Assembly (NCBI GenBank): GCA_036391015.1
Contig: DASWAR010000161.1
Span: 1 to 41,288 of the forward strand
Direction: 5' to 3'
DNA: 41,288 nucleotides
Source of the DNA: Terriglobales bacterium
GTDB lineage: Bacteria > Acidobacteriota > Terriglobia > Terriglobales > Acidobacteriaceae
Under the pieces are notes generated by a model that saw nothing but the letters and a program-made list of their open reading frames with translations, had not been told where the DNA came from and made no database searches. Position numbers and translations under genes: made by a program. The first letter of the stretch is position 1. Every line of letters starts with the position of its first letter. Shown here in pieces: positions 15,429 to 23,502 of this stretch.

Positions 15429-16082
15429 CTACTTGGTCACCAGCGAATGCGTGATGGCATGCACCGAGAGCGCGATCCGGTTCTGCACCCCGACCTTGCG
15501 CATCAGCTTGGCGACGTGCGCCTTCACGGTGCGCTCTTCGATGCCCAGCGCCGCTCCAATTTCCTTGTTCGCTCGTCCGGCGACCAGCATCTCCAGCACT
15601 TCTTTTTCGCGGTCGGTAAAAGTGACGCGTCCCGCCGGGAAAATACGCCCCGGCGAGGTCGTAACCCGCTCGATAAAAATGGAGAGCACGCGCCGCGGCG
15701 CCCACACGGATCCCTGGTGCACGATGCGGATGGCCATCGCGAACTCCTCCGGCGTCGCCGCTTCCTCCACGTATCCCTTGGCGCCGGCGGCCACCGCCTT
15801 GAGGATGGTCTCGTCGTCCGCGCCCGAACCGCACACCAGCAAGCGCAAGTCGGGACGCGACGCCTTCAGCCCCGCCATCAGGTCGAACAAGTTCTGCGAC
15901 CCGTGGCTGCCGACCATCACCATGTCCAGATCGGGCTCGGTCGCCACCTTCTCCAACGGGACCGACACGATCTCAAATTCGGGTTCGGACTCGAACAGCG
16001 CGCGAAAACCGATCAGCCGCAGCGGATCGGGCTCAATGACAGCAACGCGAATCTTGGGTTTTTTGGGCGCGGCCGCTTTCAT
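15429..16082 (-). CDS. NarL/LuxR-family response regulator with degenerate (pseudo-)receiver domain
   Basis: C-terminal LuxR HTH (REKEVLEMLVAGRANKEIGAALGIEERTVKAHVAKLMRKVGV). In the receiver-like N-terminus, the phospho-acceptor position reads MVMVG rather than hhhhD. The conserved Lys position reads GYVEE rather than GYLxK. The ATG at 16082 is preferred; the tracked ORF runs to 16112. Confidence 0.8.
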   Translation of the reverse strand: MKAAAPKKPKIRVAVIEPDPLRLIGFRALFESEPEFEIVSVPLEKVATEPDLDMVMVGSHGSQNLFDLMAGLKASRPDLRLLVCGSGADDETILKAVAAGAKGYVEEAATPEEFAMAIRIVHQGSVWAPRRVLSIFIERVTTSPGRIFPAGRVTFTDREKEVLEMLVAGRANKEIGAALGIEERTVKAHVAKLMRKVGVQNRIALSVHAITHSLVTK

Positions 16083-16261
16083 ATGTTCATCCTTATGCCT
16101 GGCGCGTAGCATACCCTAAATCGGCGAAAGGCCACTGTCCGTCTGGCCATGTCCGCTAGTCACAATCTTGGGTCTCTCGGTCGATCAGTCTATCGGTCGA
16201 TCGGTTCATGACCAAGACGGACCGACGGATCGACAAACGATAGACGCCTTTCGGAGGAACG

Positions 16262-16708
16262 ATGAGAAACTTTCTGCTCGCTATCCTGCTCTCCGCGTCC
16301 ACTGCCTTCGCCCAGGGCGCTCCCCCGCAAGCCGCCGCCGACCAGCCCTATACCATGGAGTACTACTACAAAGTTCAATGGGGACACCAGCAGGAATTCC
16401 TGCAACTTTTCCTCAAGAACCACTACCCGGTGCTGAAAAAGGGCGTGGAGAGCGGCCGCATCCTTGGCGTCAAGATCGAAACGCCCGCGAACCACATGAC
16501 GGAAGACTCCCGCTGGGACTACCGCGTCACGCTCAAATTCAAGAACTCCACCGCCGCCACCACCGCCAATCCGGGCGAGGAAGCGCTCACCAAGCAACTC
16601 TATCCCGACCAGGAGACCTTCAAGCGCGAGGAACAACGCCGCTTCGAGATTCTTTTGGCCCACTGGGATCTTCCGGTAACGGAAATATCCCCCACCAACC
16701 CACGTTAG
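16262..16708 (+). CDS. Secreted hypothetical protein (small alpha+beta protein)
   Basis: GGAGGA Shine-Dalgarno sequence, signal peptide MRNFLLAILLSASTAFAQG, and GC3-rich codons. No family was recognised. Confidence 0.6.
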   Translation: MRNFLLAILLSASTAFAQGAPPQAAADQPYTMEYYYKVQWGHQQEFLQLFLKNHYPVLKKGVESGRILGVKIETPANHMTEDSRWDYRVTLKFKNSTAATTANPGEEALTKQLYPDQETFKREEQRRFEILLAHWDLPVTEISPTNPR

Positions 16709-16743
16709 CGATCGCCCTGAAGCCTGCAGCCGGGAGCCTGCTC

Positions 16744-17766
16744 ATGAAACTCGACATCGGCCTGCGCGACTACGACCTGCGTACCGTCGCCGACTACGCG
16801 CGCCAGATGGAATCCGCCGGCTGCGACTGCCTCTGGTCCTCCGAGACCCAGCACGATCCCTTCCTCCCGCTTGCCGTCGCCGCCGCCGCCACGTCAAGAA
16901 TCAAGCTCGGCACCTCCATCGCGGTCGCCTTCCCGCGCAGCCCGATGGTCCTTGCTTACACTGCCTGGGACCTGCAGAAAGCCTCGGCGGGGCGCTTCAT
17001 CCTGGGACTTGGCTCGCAGGTAAAGGCGCACAACCAGCGCCGCTTCTCGGTGAAATTCGAAGCCCCCGGCCCCAAGCTGCGCGAGGTGGTGCTGGCCATG
17101 CGCGCCATCTGGGATTGCTGGCAAAACGGCACGCCGCTCAAGTTCCACGGCCAGTTCTACCAGTTCGATCTGATGACGCCTTTCTTCAATCCCGGCCCCA
17201 TCGCGCACCCCAAGATCCCGGTCTTCATCGCCGGCGTGAACCATTACATGTGCCGCATCGCGGGCGCGGTCTGCGACGGCCTCCACGTCCACCCCTTCCA
17301 TACTCCCCAATACCTGCGCGATTACGTTCACCCTGCGGTCAGCGAAGGATTGCGCTCCTCGGGCCGCTCGCGCCCGGACTTCACTTACGCCACGGCCGCG
17401 TTTGTCATCGTGGGTGACACGGAGCAGGAGCGCGCCCGCAACGCGGAAGCCGTCCGCCAGCAGATAGCGTTCTACGCCTCCACCCGCACCTACGAACCGG
17501 TGCTGGCCTCGCATGGTTGGGAAGGAATCGCTCCGGAGCTGCACCACAAGTCCCTGCAGGGAGATTGGCAAGGCATGGCTGCGCTGATCACCGACGAGAT
17601 GCTCGACGTGATTGCGGTCACCGGCGACTGGGAGACGATCGGCCCCAAACTGCGTGAGCGCTACGCCGGCCTGCTCGACCGCATCGCGCTCTACCAGCCG
17701 TACGAAGTTGCCGTGGACGACTCCCGCCTCGCCCGCCTGGCGCAACAATTGAATTACACTCAGTAA
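16744..17766 (+). CDS. LLM-class (luciferase-like) F420/flavin-dependent oxidoreductase
   Basis: MKLDIGL...AESAGCDCLWSSETQHDPFLPLA...IKLGTSIAVAFPRSPM...LGLGSQVKAHNQRRF is a typical LLM pattern, about 340 aa. The tracked ORF (from 16168) has a spurious N-terminal extension that overlaps the previous gene. Confidence 0.82.
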   Translation: MKLDIGLRDYDLRTVADYARQMESAGCDCLWSSETQHDPFLPLAVAAAATSRIKLGTSIAVAFPRSPMVLAYTAWDLQKASAGRFILGLGSQVKAHNQRRFSVKFEAPGPKLREVVLAMRAIWDCWQNGTPLKFHGQFYQFDLMTPFFNPGPIAHPKIPVFIAGVNHYMCRIAGAVCDGLHVHPFHTPQYLRDYVHPAVSEGLRSSGRSRPDFTYATAAFVIVGDTEQERARNAEAVRQQIAFYASTRTYEPVLASHGWEGIAPELHHKSLQGDWQGMAALITDEMLDVIAVTGDWETIGPKLRERYAGLLDRIALYQPYEVAVDDSRLARLAQQLNYTQ

Positions 17767-17776
17767 GGATTCCGAC

Positions 17777-18208
17777 ATGCTCAACCACGCCCGCCCGCTC
17801 GCCGCCGCCGTACTCGCCCTATCGCTGCTCGCCGCCGCGCAAACCAACTACACACCGCAATTCAAGGGTGACCCGGCGCACTCCACCGCCGAGGCCGCCG
17901 CGCTCGGCTACATGCGCACCGTCATCTACGCACAGCGCGTCTATTACAAAAAGCACGCCGCCTACGCCACCTCGCTGGCCGAGTTGGTCGGTTCCAGCTC
18001 TTTCACCCGGCGCATGATTAATACCGAGCGCGGCGACTACACCGTCCGCTTCACCTCTACCAACGCCGGCAAGAATTTTTCGCTATCCCTGGTGCCCAAG
18101 CAGTTCGACCCCGCCCACCGCGCCTTTTTCGCCGACGACACCGGCACCATCCGCGTGGAAAACGACCAGCCCGCCACCCACTCGTCACCGAAAATCAAAG
18201 CGGACTGA
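17777..18208 (+). CDS. Secreted hypothetical protein with pilin-like core sequence but Sec-type signal peptide
   Basis: Signal peptide ...LSLLAAAQT. The segment AAALGYMRTVIYAQRVYYKKHAAYATSLAELV resembles the post-helix region of type IV pilin-like proteins. No prepilin G/FTLIE motif is present. Confidence 0.55.
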   Translation: MLNHARPLAAAVLALSLLAAAQTNYTPQFKGDPAHSTAEAAALGYMRTVIYAQRVYYKKHAAYATSLAELVGSSSFTRRMINTERGDYTVRFTSTNAGKNFSLSLVPKQFDPAHRAFFADDTGTIRVENDQPATHSSPKIKAD

Positions 18209-18317
18209 ACCCCGATCTCTTTTGTCATCCCGAGGAGGGACCCCTAAGGCAACAGCCATCTTGACGTGCGCTGGAAGTCGCGCAAAACTTTCTAAACGCC
18301 AGGGGGGGAGGCCAGCC

Positions 18318-18611
18318 GTGAAGCTCTTCGCCACCAAGGAGTCCTATCGCGCCGGCGACCGCATTTTCGCCATCCTGCAGCGCCCGGACGTCGCGCTCCT
18401 GCTTACCTGCGAGGCGCCCGCGAGTTGGACCGCCATGCTGTTCGATATGGGCAAGAAACAGGCCGTCGCCGTGGCCAACAATCACCCCTCGGTTACCGAG
18501 GCCCAGAAGTACGTAATCGCGCAGGTGCAGGCGCACTACAAGGTCACAGTGCCGGAGGTCGAGATCCAATGGCGACAGGCGCTCAACCGGCCCGACATTC
18601 TGCAAACCTGA
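18318..18611 (+). CDS. Hypothetical protein (97 aa)
   Basis: GTG start preceded by a GGGGGGGAGG Shine-Dalgarno sequence at 7-nt spacing. Strong GC3 bias. No recognised family. The tracked ORF starts at 18222. Confidence 0.5.
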   Translation: MKLFATKESYRAGDRIFAILQRPDVALLLTCEAPASWTAMLFDMGKKQAVAVANNHPSVTEAQKYVIAQVQAHYKVTVPEVEIQWRQALNRPDILQT

Positions 18612-18621
18612 GTTGGAGAGG

Positions 18622-19098
18622 TTAGTTGACGGCCCAGCAGGTCAAGGAATTGCTGTAACGGCGGCAGCGCCAGTTCCAGGTGTGCATGCCCGGATCGAGG
18701 TGGACGTATTCGTACATGTCGGGGCGTTGCGTCTGGCCCCAGTAGGTCACCGGCCATACCTCGGGCGAAAGTTCCGGCTTCCCCCCGGCCACGCAGCCAA
18801 GGAAGATAATGGCGCCATCGCTCTCCGGCAGCGCGATGCAGTTGCGCTGTTCGCCGACAGCCCAGTCGGCCCGGCCGAAATATACCGTCGTATCCTCGCG
18901 GTGCGGCACCCAGCCGGCGCGGCTGGCGGCGCGCGCCACCCCCAGGCTGAGCCCGACCATGACGAGAACCGCAACCACCACGAGCTTCGCCCTGGCGGGA
19001 GTAGTCAACTTCTGGGTCGCGTCGGTATCCGTGGAGCCTGGATTCGAGATCGCGCCAGTATCCACGGAGCTTGGATTAGTGATCGCGCCTGTATCCAT
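18622..19098 (-). CDS. Single-pass membrane hypothetical protein with Cys-containing extracytoplasmic domain
   Basis: MDTGAITNPSSVDTGAISNPGS is an imperfect 10-aa tandem repeat. It is followed by TM helix LVVVAVLVMVGLSLGV and a C-terminal domain with 4 Cys. Only the C-terminal 158 aa of the 300-aa tracked ORF look coding. Confidence 0.5.
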   Translation of the reverse strand: MDTGAITNPSSVDTGAISNPGSTDTDATQKLTTPARAKLVVVAVLVMVGLSLGVARAASRAGWVPHREDTTVYFGRADWAVGEQRNCIALPESDGAIIFLGCVAGGKPELSPEVWPVTYWGQTQRPDMYEYVHLDPGMHTWNWRCRRYSNSLTCWAVN

Positions 19099-19197
19099 GG
19101 CCGCAATCTTAGCGGGGTTGCGGCAAAAAAAAGAGATTACGTGGGTGCCTGAACCACGGTGCTTATCGCCCCCGGCGCGTGGTACAACAAAGTCGCC

Positions 19198-19347
19198 ATG
19201 GGCCACTTGCCCGTAGCGCGCGCGGCGCGGCTGGATCCGGCGAGCTTTGAAGCGCACGCCTACCTGGCGGAATGCTAGCGGAAACAGGGAAAGTCCGAAC
19301 AAGCATTCGGGGAATATCAAAAAGCCATTGCGTTGCGGGGGAGATAG
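19198..19347 (+). pseudogene. Relic of a TPR-repeat gene (fragment with in-frame TAG)
   Basis: The frame reads MGHLPVARAARLDPASFEAHAYLAEC*RKQGKSEQAFGEYQKAIALRGR*. This is a TPR-like consensus with TAG (19276-19278) at the position where Tyr is expected. Confidence 0.4.
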
Positions 19348-19368
19348 TCCCGAGTCCCGAGTCCCGAG
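19346..19368. repeat. Heptanucleotide tandem repeat (agtcccg x3)
   Basis: agtcccgagtcccgagtcccgag, directly adjacent to the cytochrome c3 terminator. Confidence 0.7.
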
Positions 19369-19370
19369 CA

Positions 19371-19404
19371 AGAAAAACTGCGCCGGCGGGTAAGGCCGGC
19401 GCAG
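19371..19404 (-). terminator. Rho-independent terminator of the cytochrome c3 gene
   Basis: Perfect 10-bp stem ctgcgccggc/gccggcgcag with a 7-nt loop, followed on the minus strand by UUUUUCU. Confidence 0.8.
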
Positions 19405-19445
19405 AACAGTGGTGCTGAAGAATTCAAGGCAATGCGGTAGTGCGA

Positions 19446-19856
19446 TCAGACATTGGCTTTCTGATGGCACTCGGTGCACTTGGTCGGAGCTTTCTTGCCC
19501 TTGGCGTTTTCCGCCGTGTGGCAATCGATGCAGGTGCCCTTCTTAGCCGTGGCATCGTGGAATGCCAGTTTGAAAGTGGTCTTCATCGGGGCCGCGGCCG
19601 CCTTAACGTGGCACTCGCTGCAAGCCTGCGTCTTGCCGGTGGCAGCTTTCTCCGGTTTGGACGCATGGTGGCAGGTCTCGCACTTGATGTTGCGGTCCTT
19701 GACGTGAGCCGAATGCATGAACTTCACGCCGCCCATGGGATTGCCCTTGAGGATGACCGTATCAGGCGCTGGCTTGTCTGCGGCAAAAGCGGGACCGCAC
19801 ATGACAAATAGCAGGGCGAGGCCCAACAGAACAGCAAACAGTTTGGAAATCTTCAC
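19446..19856 (-). CDS. Periplasmic tetrahaem cytochrome c3 (class III)
   Basis: Signal peptide plus four CxxCH motifs (CETCH, CSECH, CIDCH, CTECH) in about 110 mature residues. GTG start preceded by GAGGAGG. Confidence 0.88.
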   Translation of the reverse strand: MKISKLFAVLLGLALLFVMCGPAFAADKPAPDTVILKGNPMGGVKFMHSAHVKDRNIKCETCHHASKPEKAATGKTQACSECHVKAAAAPMKTTFKLAFHDATAKKGTCIDCHTAENAKGKKAPTKCTECHQKANV

Positions 19857-19960
19857 GTCGCCTCCTCGCGAGATGAACGACAGAACAATTACTGCGGGGC
19901 GGATTATAAATGCGGGAGGAAGGCAATTTCAGTAAGGAAAGCAGGGCGTCACGCGCATGC

Positions 19961-19974
19961 GTGATGTGCGTCAC
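19961..19974. promoter_or_regulatory. CRP/FNR-type palindrome GTGA-N6-TCAC (site 6) upstream of cytochrome c3
   Basis: c-gtgaTGTGCGtcac-g with perfect 5-bp arms. Its centre is about 111 nt upstream of the start. An extra everted half-site TCACGC-gcat-GCGTGA lies immediately upstream (19949-19964). Confidence 0.55.
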
Positions 19975-19982
19975 GGGGAGGG

Positions 19983-20075
19983 AGTACAGTGGCCAGGAGC
20001 AAGAGGCCAGTGGCCAGGGCTAGTCATCCGAGCGCGGATGCTCATTACTAGACGCCAGCCGCTAGCCACTGTACT
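19983..20075. repeat. 93-bp palindromic element downstream of the RRM gene
   Basis: Outer perfect 11-bp inverted repeat agtacagtggc / gccactgtact. Nested inverted repeats ctagt-catccg-agcg-cggatg-...-actag. Contains ggccagtggccag, whose reverse complement recurs at 29828-29840. Confidence 0.6.
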
Positions 20076-20102
20076 TGGACTGATAGACCGAGAGAACTTT
20101 TC

Positions 20103-20459
20103 TTAGTAGCCGCGGCCGTAGCCACCGCCGCCGCCGCCGCGTCCGCCGCTGCCGCCACCGCGTCCACCACGACCGCCGCCGCCACCACCACCAGCACCAC
20201 CAGCGCCGCGTTCCGGCTTGGGACGGGCTTCGCTGACGTTCAAGTTGCGTCCGCCGACGCTGCTGCCGTTAATACCGGCGACGGCTTTCTCGGCTTCGGC
20301 GTCATTGGTCATCTCGACGAAGGCGAAGCCGCGGGGCTGTCCGGTGTCGCGGTCGCGAATCATGTTGACGCGCTCGACCGTACCGTAGCCCTCGAAGAGC
20401 GTGCGCAGCTCTTCCTCGCTGGTCCTGAAATCAAGGTTGCCCACGTAAATGTTCTTCAT
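20103..20459 (-). CDS. RRM-type RNA-binding protein with Gly/Arg-rich C-terminal tail
   Basis: RNP2 motif IYVGNL, RNP1 motif RGFAFVEM, then GGAGGGGGGGRGGRGGGSGGRGGGGGGYGRGY. The ATG at 20459 is preferred; the tracked ORF extends spuriously to 20870. Confidence 0.88.
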   Translation of the reverse strand: MKNIYVGNLDFRTSEEELRTLFEGYGTVERVNMIRDRDTGQPRGFAFVEMTNDAEAEKAVAGINGSSVGGRNLNVSEARPKPERGAGGAGGGGGGGRGGRGGGSGGRGGGGGGYGRGY

Positions 20460-20697
20460 ATTGTCCTCGCGGTTGAGGTCTGTTGATTGGGGGCTTGCTC
20501 GGAAGCAGCGAAGGCAGTGCCGAGTGCGGCTCGCGATCTCTAGACCGAAATAGCGGTACTTCGCCCTCTGCGGGCGGAACAAGACTACCATTTCAACGGC
20601 TTCCGCGCCGGTTCGGGCAAAACTTTTTCGCGAGCCGGCAGTGCCATTTTGGTTATTAGAACGTTCGCCATACGCGCCCTGTGCTAGCCTCGACCTG

Positions 20698-21432
20698 ATG
20701 GACGTTTCCACAACTACACGCGCCAACGGAGCGGCTGCTGTCGCTGCACCGCGGATGGTGCGCGTGCCCGAGGGCTGGTTCTGGATGGGCAGCGACGCGG
20801 GCCTGGACTGCGAGCGTCCGCGGCATCGGGTGTGGGTTGATGGATTCGAAATGGCGGCCACGCAGGTCACCCATTGTGACTACTCGCGGTATCTACGCGC
20901 AACCGGAGCGGCGCCGCCGCCGTATTTCGAACATCCGGAATTCAACCAGGCCGAACAGCCGGTGGTGGCGGTGTCATGGTTCGAGGCGGTGGCGTATTGC
21001 GAGTGGCTGAGCGCGGCGGCGGGACAGCAATATCGTTTGCCGACCGAGGCGGAGTGGGAACGGGCAGCGCGCGGAGGCGTGGACGACACGCCCTATCCGT
21101 GGGGTGATGAGCCGCCGCAGGCACGTCCGGGATATGCCAACCGGTGGAAGACGGGGCCGGAGCGGGTGGGGCAGAGCGAGCCGAATGGATTCGGCCTGCA
21201 CGAGATGTGCGAGAACGTACACGAGTGGTGCAGCGACTGGTTTGACCCGTCCTACTACTGCAGTTCGGCGGAACGTAATCCATGCGGGCCGGAAAGCGGG
21301 ACGCGGCGGGCATCGCGCGGCGGATCGTGGAGGCACCACGTCAAGAATTCCAGGTGCTACACACGGTCGAGCATTCCGCCTGAGTTTCAGTATGCGGATT
21401 ACGGGTTTCGGGTAGTGCGGAGAAGCGATTAG
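20698..21432 (+). CDS. Formylglycine-generating enzyme (SUMF1/EgtB/PvdO) family protein
   Basis: MVRVPEGWFWMGS, PVVAVSWFEAVAYCEWLS, YRLPTEAEWERAARGG, GLHEMCENVHEWCSDW, RGGSW and YGFRVVR are all family hallmarks. Confidence 0.85.
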   Translation: MDVSTTTRANGAAAVAAPRMVRVPEGWFWMGSDAGLDCERPRHRVWVDGFEMAATQVTHCDYSRYLRATGAAPPPYFEHPEFNQAEQPVVAVSWFEAVAYCEWLSAAAGQQYRLPTEAEWERAARGGVDDTPYPWGDEPPQARPGYANRWKTGPERVGQSEPNGFGLHEMCENVHEWCSDWFDPSYYCSSAERNPCGPESGTRRASRGGSWRHHVKNSRCYTRSSIPPEFQYADYGFRVVRRSD

Positions 21433-21452
21433 CAGTTAGCAAGCAGTTAGCA
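21431..21452. repeat. Tandem 11-mer (agcagttagca x2) filling the gap between two convergent stop codons
   Basis: It overlaps the TAG of the FGE-family gene (21430-21432). It ends 2 nt before the ccmD stop (21454-21456). Confidence 0.65.
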
Positions 21453-21453
21453 A

Positions 21454-21573
21454 TTAGCTGCGGTTGAGATCGTCGATGTCGTCGCGCAGGCGCTGGTAGC
21501 CGCGGGTGAGGATTACCAGGTAAACGATGTGAATCGCCCAAGCGGCGCCGTAGGCGGCGTAAACCCACTTCAT
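21454..21573 (-). CDS. ccmD: Haem exporter protein CcmD
   Basis: 39-aa single-TM peptide MKWVYAAYGAAWAIHIVYLVILTRGYQRL.... ATGA start/stop overlap with ccmC. Confidence 0.75.
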   Translation of the reverse strand: MKWVYAAYGAAWAIHIVYLVILTRGYQRLRDDIDDLNRS

Positions 21574-22268
21574 CGCGATGCCCCTTTCGCGCCGGCAATG
21601 GCCTTCATGGCGTGCGCTTCTTCCACCTGCTGGCGCAGGCGTTCGAGGCGGTACCGAAGCCAGATCACCAGAAATGCGAGCGCCAGGAATCCGCACCAGT
21701 TGATCAGCAGGGCGTGCATCATGCGGGGATCAATGCCGGAGCCTTGGCCGCCGCCGATGACCGGCTGCGGATGCTGTGTGCGGAACCAACGGATCGCCAT
21801 ATAAACGAACGCCACGTCCACGGCGCCGAAGACGGCGAGCACGGAGGCCAGCATCGGATTCTGGCCGGCGGTGGAGTAGCGCCGCAGCAGCAGATAGCTG
21901 ACGTAGATGAGCCAGAGGACGAGCGTGGAGGTGAGGCGCGCGTCCCAGGTCCACCAGATACCCCAGATCGGCTTCGCCCAAATCGGCCCGGTAACCAGCA
22001 CGACGGTGCAAAAGACGACGCCGACTTCGGCGGTGGTGAGCGCGACGGCATCGGCCTTCGAGTCACCCGAGGCGAGATACCAGATGGAAGCGACCAGGTT
22101 GGCGAAGAAGCACAGGAACGCCGTCCAGGCCGAGGGCACGTGGTAGTAGAAAATCCGCTGCGCGTCGCCCATGGTCATTTCCCTGGGAGCGACGATGATC
22201 GCCTGGTAAAGGCCGTAGGAGAGCAGCGCGAGCGTGATGAGGGCGAGGATGGAGAAGGTCGATTTCAT
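21570..22268 (-). CDS. ccmC: Haem exporter/lyase subunit CcmC
   Basis: WWD motif (WGIWWTWDARLTS), multiple TM helices, about 232 aa. ATGA overlap with ccmB. The tracked ORF extends to 22514. Confidence 0.88.
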   Translation of the reverse strand: MKSTFSILALITLALLSYGLYQAIIVAPREMTMGDAQRIFYYHVPSAWTAFLCFFANLVASIWYLASGDSKADAVALTTAEVGVVFCTVVLVTGPIWAKPIWGIWWTWDARLTSTLVLWLIYVSYLLLRRYSTAGQNPMLASVLAVFGAVDVAFVYMAIRWFRTQHPQPVIGGGQGSGIDPRMMHALLINWCGFLALAFLVIWLRYRLERLRQQVEEAHAMKAIAGAKGASR

Positions 22269-22978
22269 TCCGCGTGCAAGACCGTGTCGAAGAGAAGATA
22301 TCCGATGATGGTGAACACTATATCGTACACGGCGAGAAAGACGAGCGGGAGATAGGGAGAGTTGTCGCCGGTAAGGATGGCGGTGGTTCCCGCAACCATG
22401 GCCAGCAGCGCGGGAATCGAGATGGGGAACAGCAGCAGCGGGAGCATGACTTCGCGGCTGCGGGTGCGGATGGACATGGCGGCGAAAAACGTGCCGTTGA
22501 CCACCAGGGCCCATGTGCCCAGGATAGAGGCGATGGCGAGTTGATAGGCGGGACCAACGCTGCGCAGGTTGTAGAAGACGACGAACAGCGGCGTCATCAG
22601 GGCTTCCAGGATGATGACGAAGAGGAAATTACCGATGGCTTTGGCAAGAAAAAGCGATTCGGCGGGCGCTGGCGAGACGCGGTAGGCATCGAGCGCCTGA
22701 TTGCGCAGCTCGCGCGCCCAGGTCTGATTAAGGGCAACCACCGCGGCGAACAGCAGCGCCACCCACACCAGACCGCCGGCAATGCGGCGCGATTCTTCGG
22801 CGGTGAGGTCGAAGGAGAAGCTGAAGATCACCACCACCAGCAGAGCGAAAAACAGCATGGAGTTGATGGCGTCCTTGGAGCGCCACTCCAGGCGCATGTC
22901 TTTGGCGAGGGTGACGCGCAAAATATCCAAGAACGCGGGAGGCTGCGCGCGGATGGGCGCGACGGCAGAGGCGCTCAT
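22265..22978 (-). CDS. ccmB: Haem exporter permease CcmB
   Basis: 237-aa polytopic membrane protein in the ccmB position. LEWRSKD and FSF..DL segments are typical of the family. Confidence 0.8.
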   Translation of the reverse strand: MSASAVAPIRAQPPAFLDILRVTLAKDMRLEWRSKDAINSMLFFALLVVVIFSFSFDLTAEESRRIAGGLVWVALLFAAVVALNQTWARELRNQALDAYRVSPAPAESLFLAKAIGNFLFVIILEALMTPLFVVFYNLRSVGPAYQLAIASILGTWALVVNGTFFAAMSIRTRSREVMLPLLLFPISIPALLAMVAGTTAILTGDNSPYLPLVFLAVYDIVFTIIGYLLFDTVLHAE

Positions 22979-23502
22979 CGCGGCACCGCCGAATTTGTAT
23001 TCGCCGGCTCGCCTCGCGAACTGAAGCGCGGTATCCAGCGAGGCACGGTGCGGCAGTATTCCTCGTAGGAGGCGCCGAATTTGCGGCGGAGGTCAGGCTC
23101 CTCCAGGTACACGACGCCGAGGTGGACAACCACGATCCACGCCCCGGCGAAGACGAGGACCGACGGGGAGCGCAAATACAGCGCGAACGCCGCCAGCAGG
23201 GCGAGACCACCGATGTACATGGGATTGCGTACGAACCGGTACGGCCCGACGGCGACCACCCGGCGGGGAGCGTCGAAAGGCGCCGGAGTCCCGCTTCCGC
23301 GAACCACGAAAAAGCCGATGCAGACCAACTCGACCGCCAGCGCGGGGACAGCGATGCTCCACCCGAGGGTGGGGCACCACGCGGGTAGTGATCGCCCGGC
23401 GCGCACGTCCATCCGGCTCACGTAGAGCGCCAGCCAGCCCCACAGCAGGACGAAGGAGGAGGCAAAAAACAGCGCGCGCAACGCAGTGAAGATGGTACTC
23501 AT
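22975..23502 (-). CDS. ICMT/PEMT-family integral-membrane carboxyl methyltransferase-like protein (copy 2)
   Basis: Four to five TM helices. C-terminal signature VRNPMYIGG...YLEEPDLRRKFGASYEEYCRTVPRWIP follows the RHPxYxG...EE..L...FG..Y..Y...V pattern of isoprenylcysteine carboxyl methyltransferase-like enzymes. ATGA overlaps at both ends. Confidence 0.8.
   Translation of the reverse strand: MSTIFTALRALFFASSFVLLWGWLALYVSRMDVRAGRSLPAWCPTLGWSIAVPALAVELVCIGFFVVRGSGTPAPFDAPRRVVAVGPYRFVRNPMYIGGLALLAAFALYLRSPSVLVFAGAWIVVVHLGVVYLEEPDLRRKFGASYEEYCRTVPRWIPRFSSRGEPANTNSAVPR

Noticed and set aside
16168-16743. 5' extension of the LLM oxidoreductase ORF (532-aa version)
   Set aside because: It overlaps the well-supported 16262-16708 gene in another frame. 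The family-typical N-terminus MKLDIGL starts at 16744 with its own Shine-Dalgarno sequence.
19346-19368. Possible CRISPR or other spaced repeat arrays (this locus and the other short tandem repeats)
   Set aside because: Units are 7-15 nt, directly tandem, with at most three copies and no spacers. No cas genes are in the window.
19099-19524. Upstream 142 codons of the 300-aa minus-strand ORF 18622-19524
   Set aside because: This part runs through a terminator, a heptamer repeat and the TPR relic. It has no coding bias. Only the region from the ATG at 19098 looks genuine.
20110-20230. GCC/GCCACC-rich low-complexity DNA that resembles a noncoding microsatellite
   Set aside because: It encodes the Gly/Arg-rich tail of the RRM protein on the minus strand, in frame with the RNP motifs.
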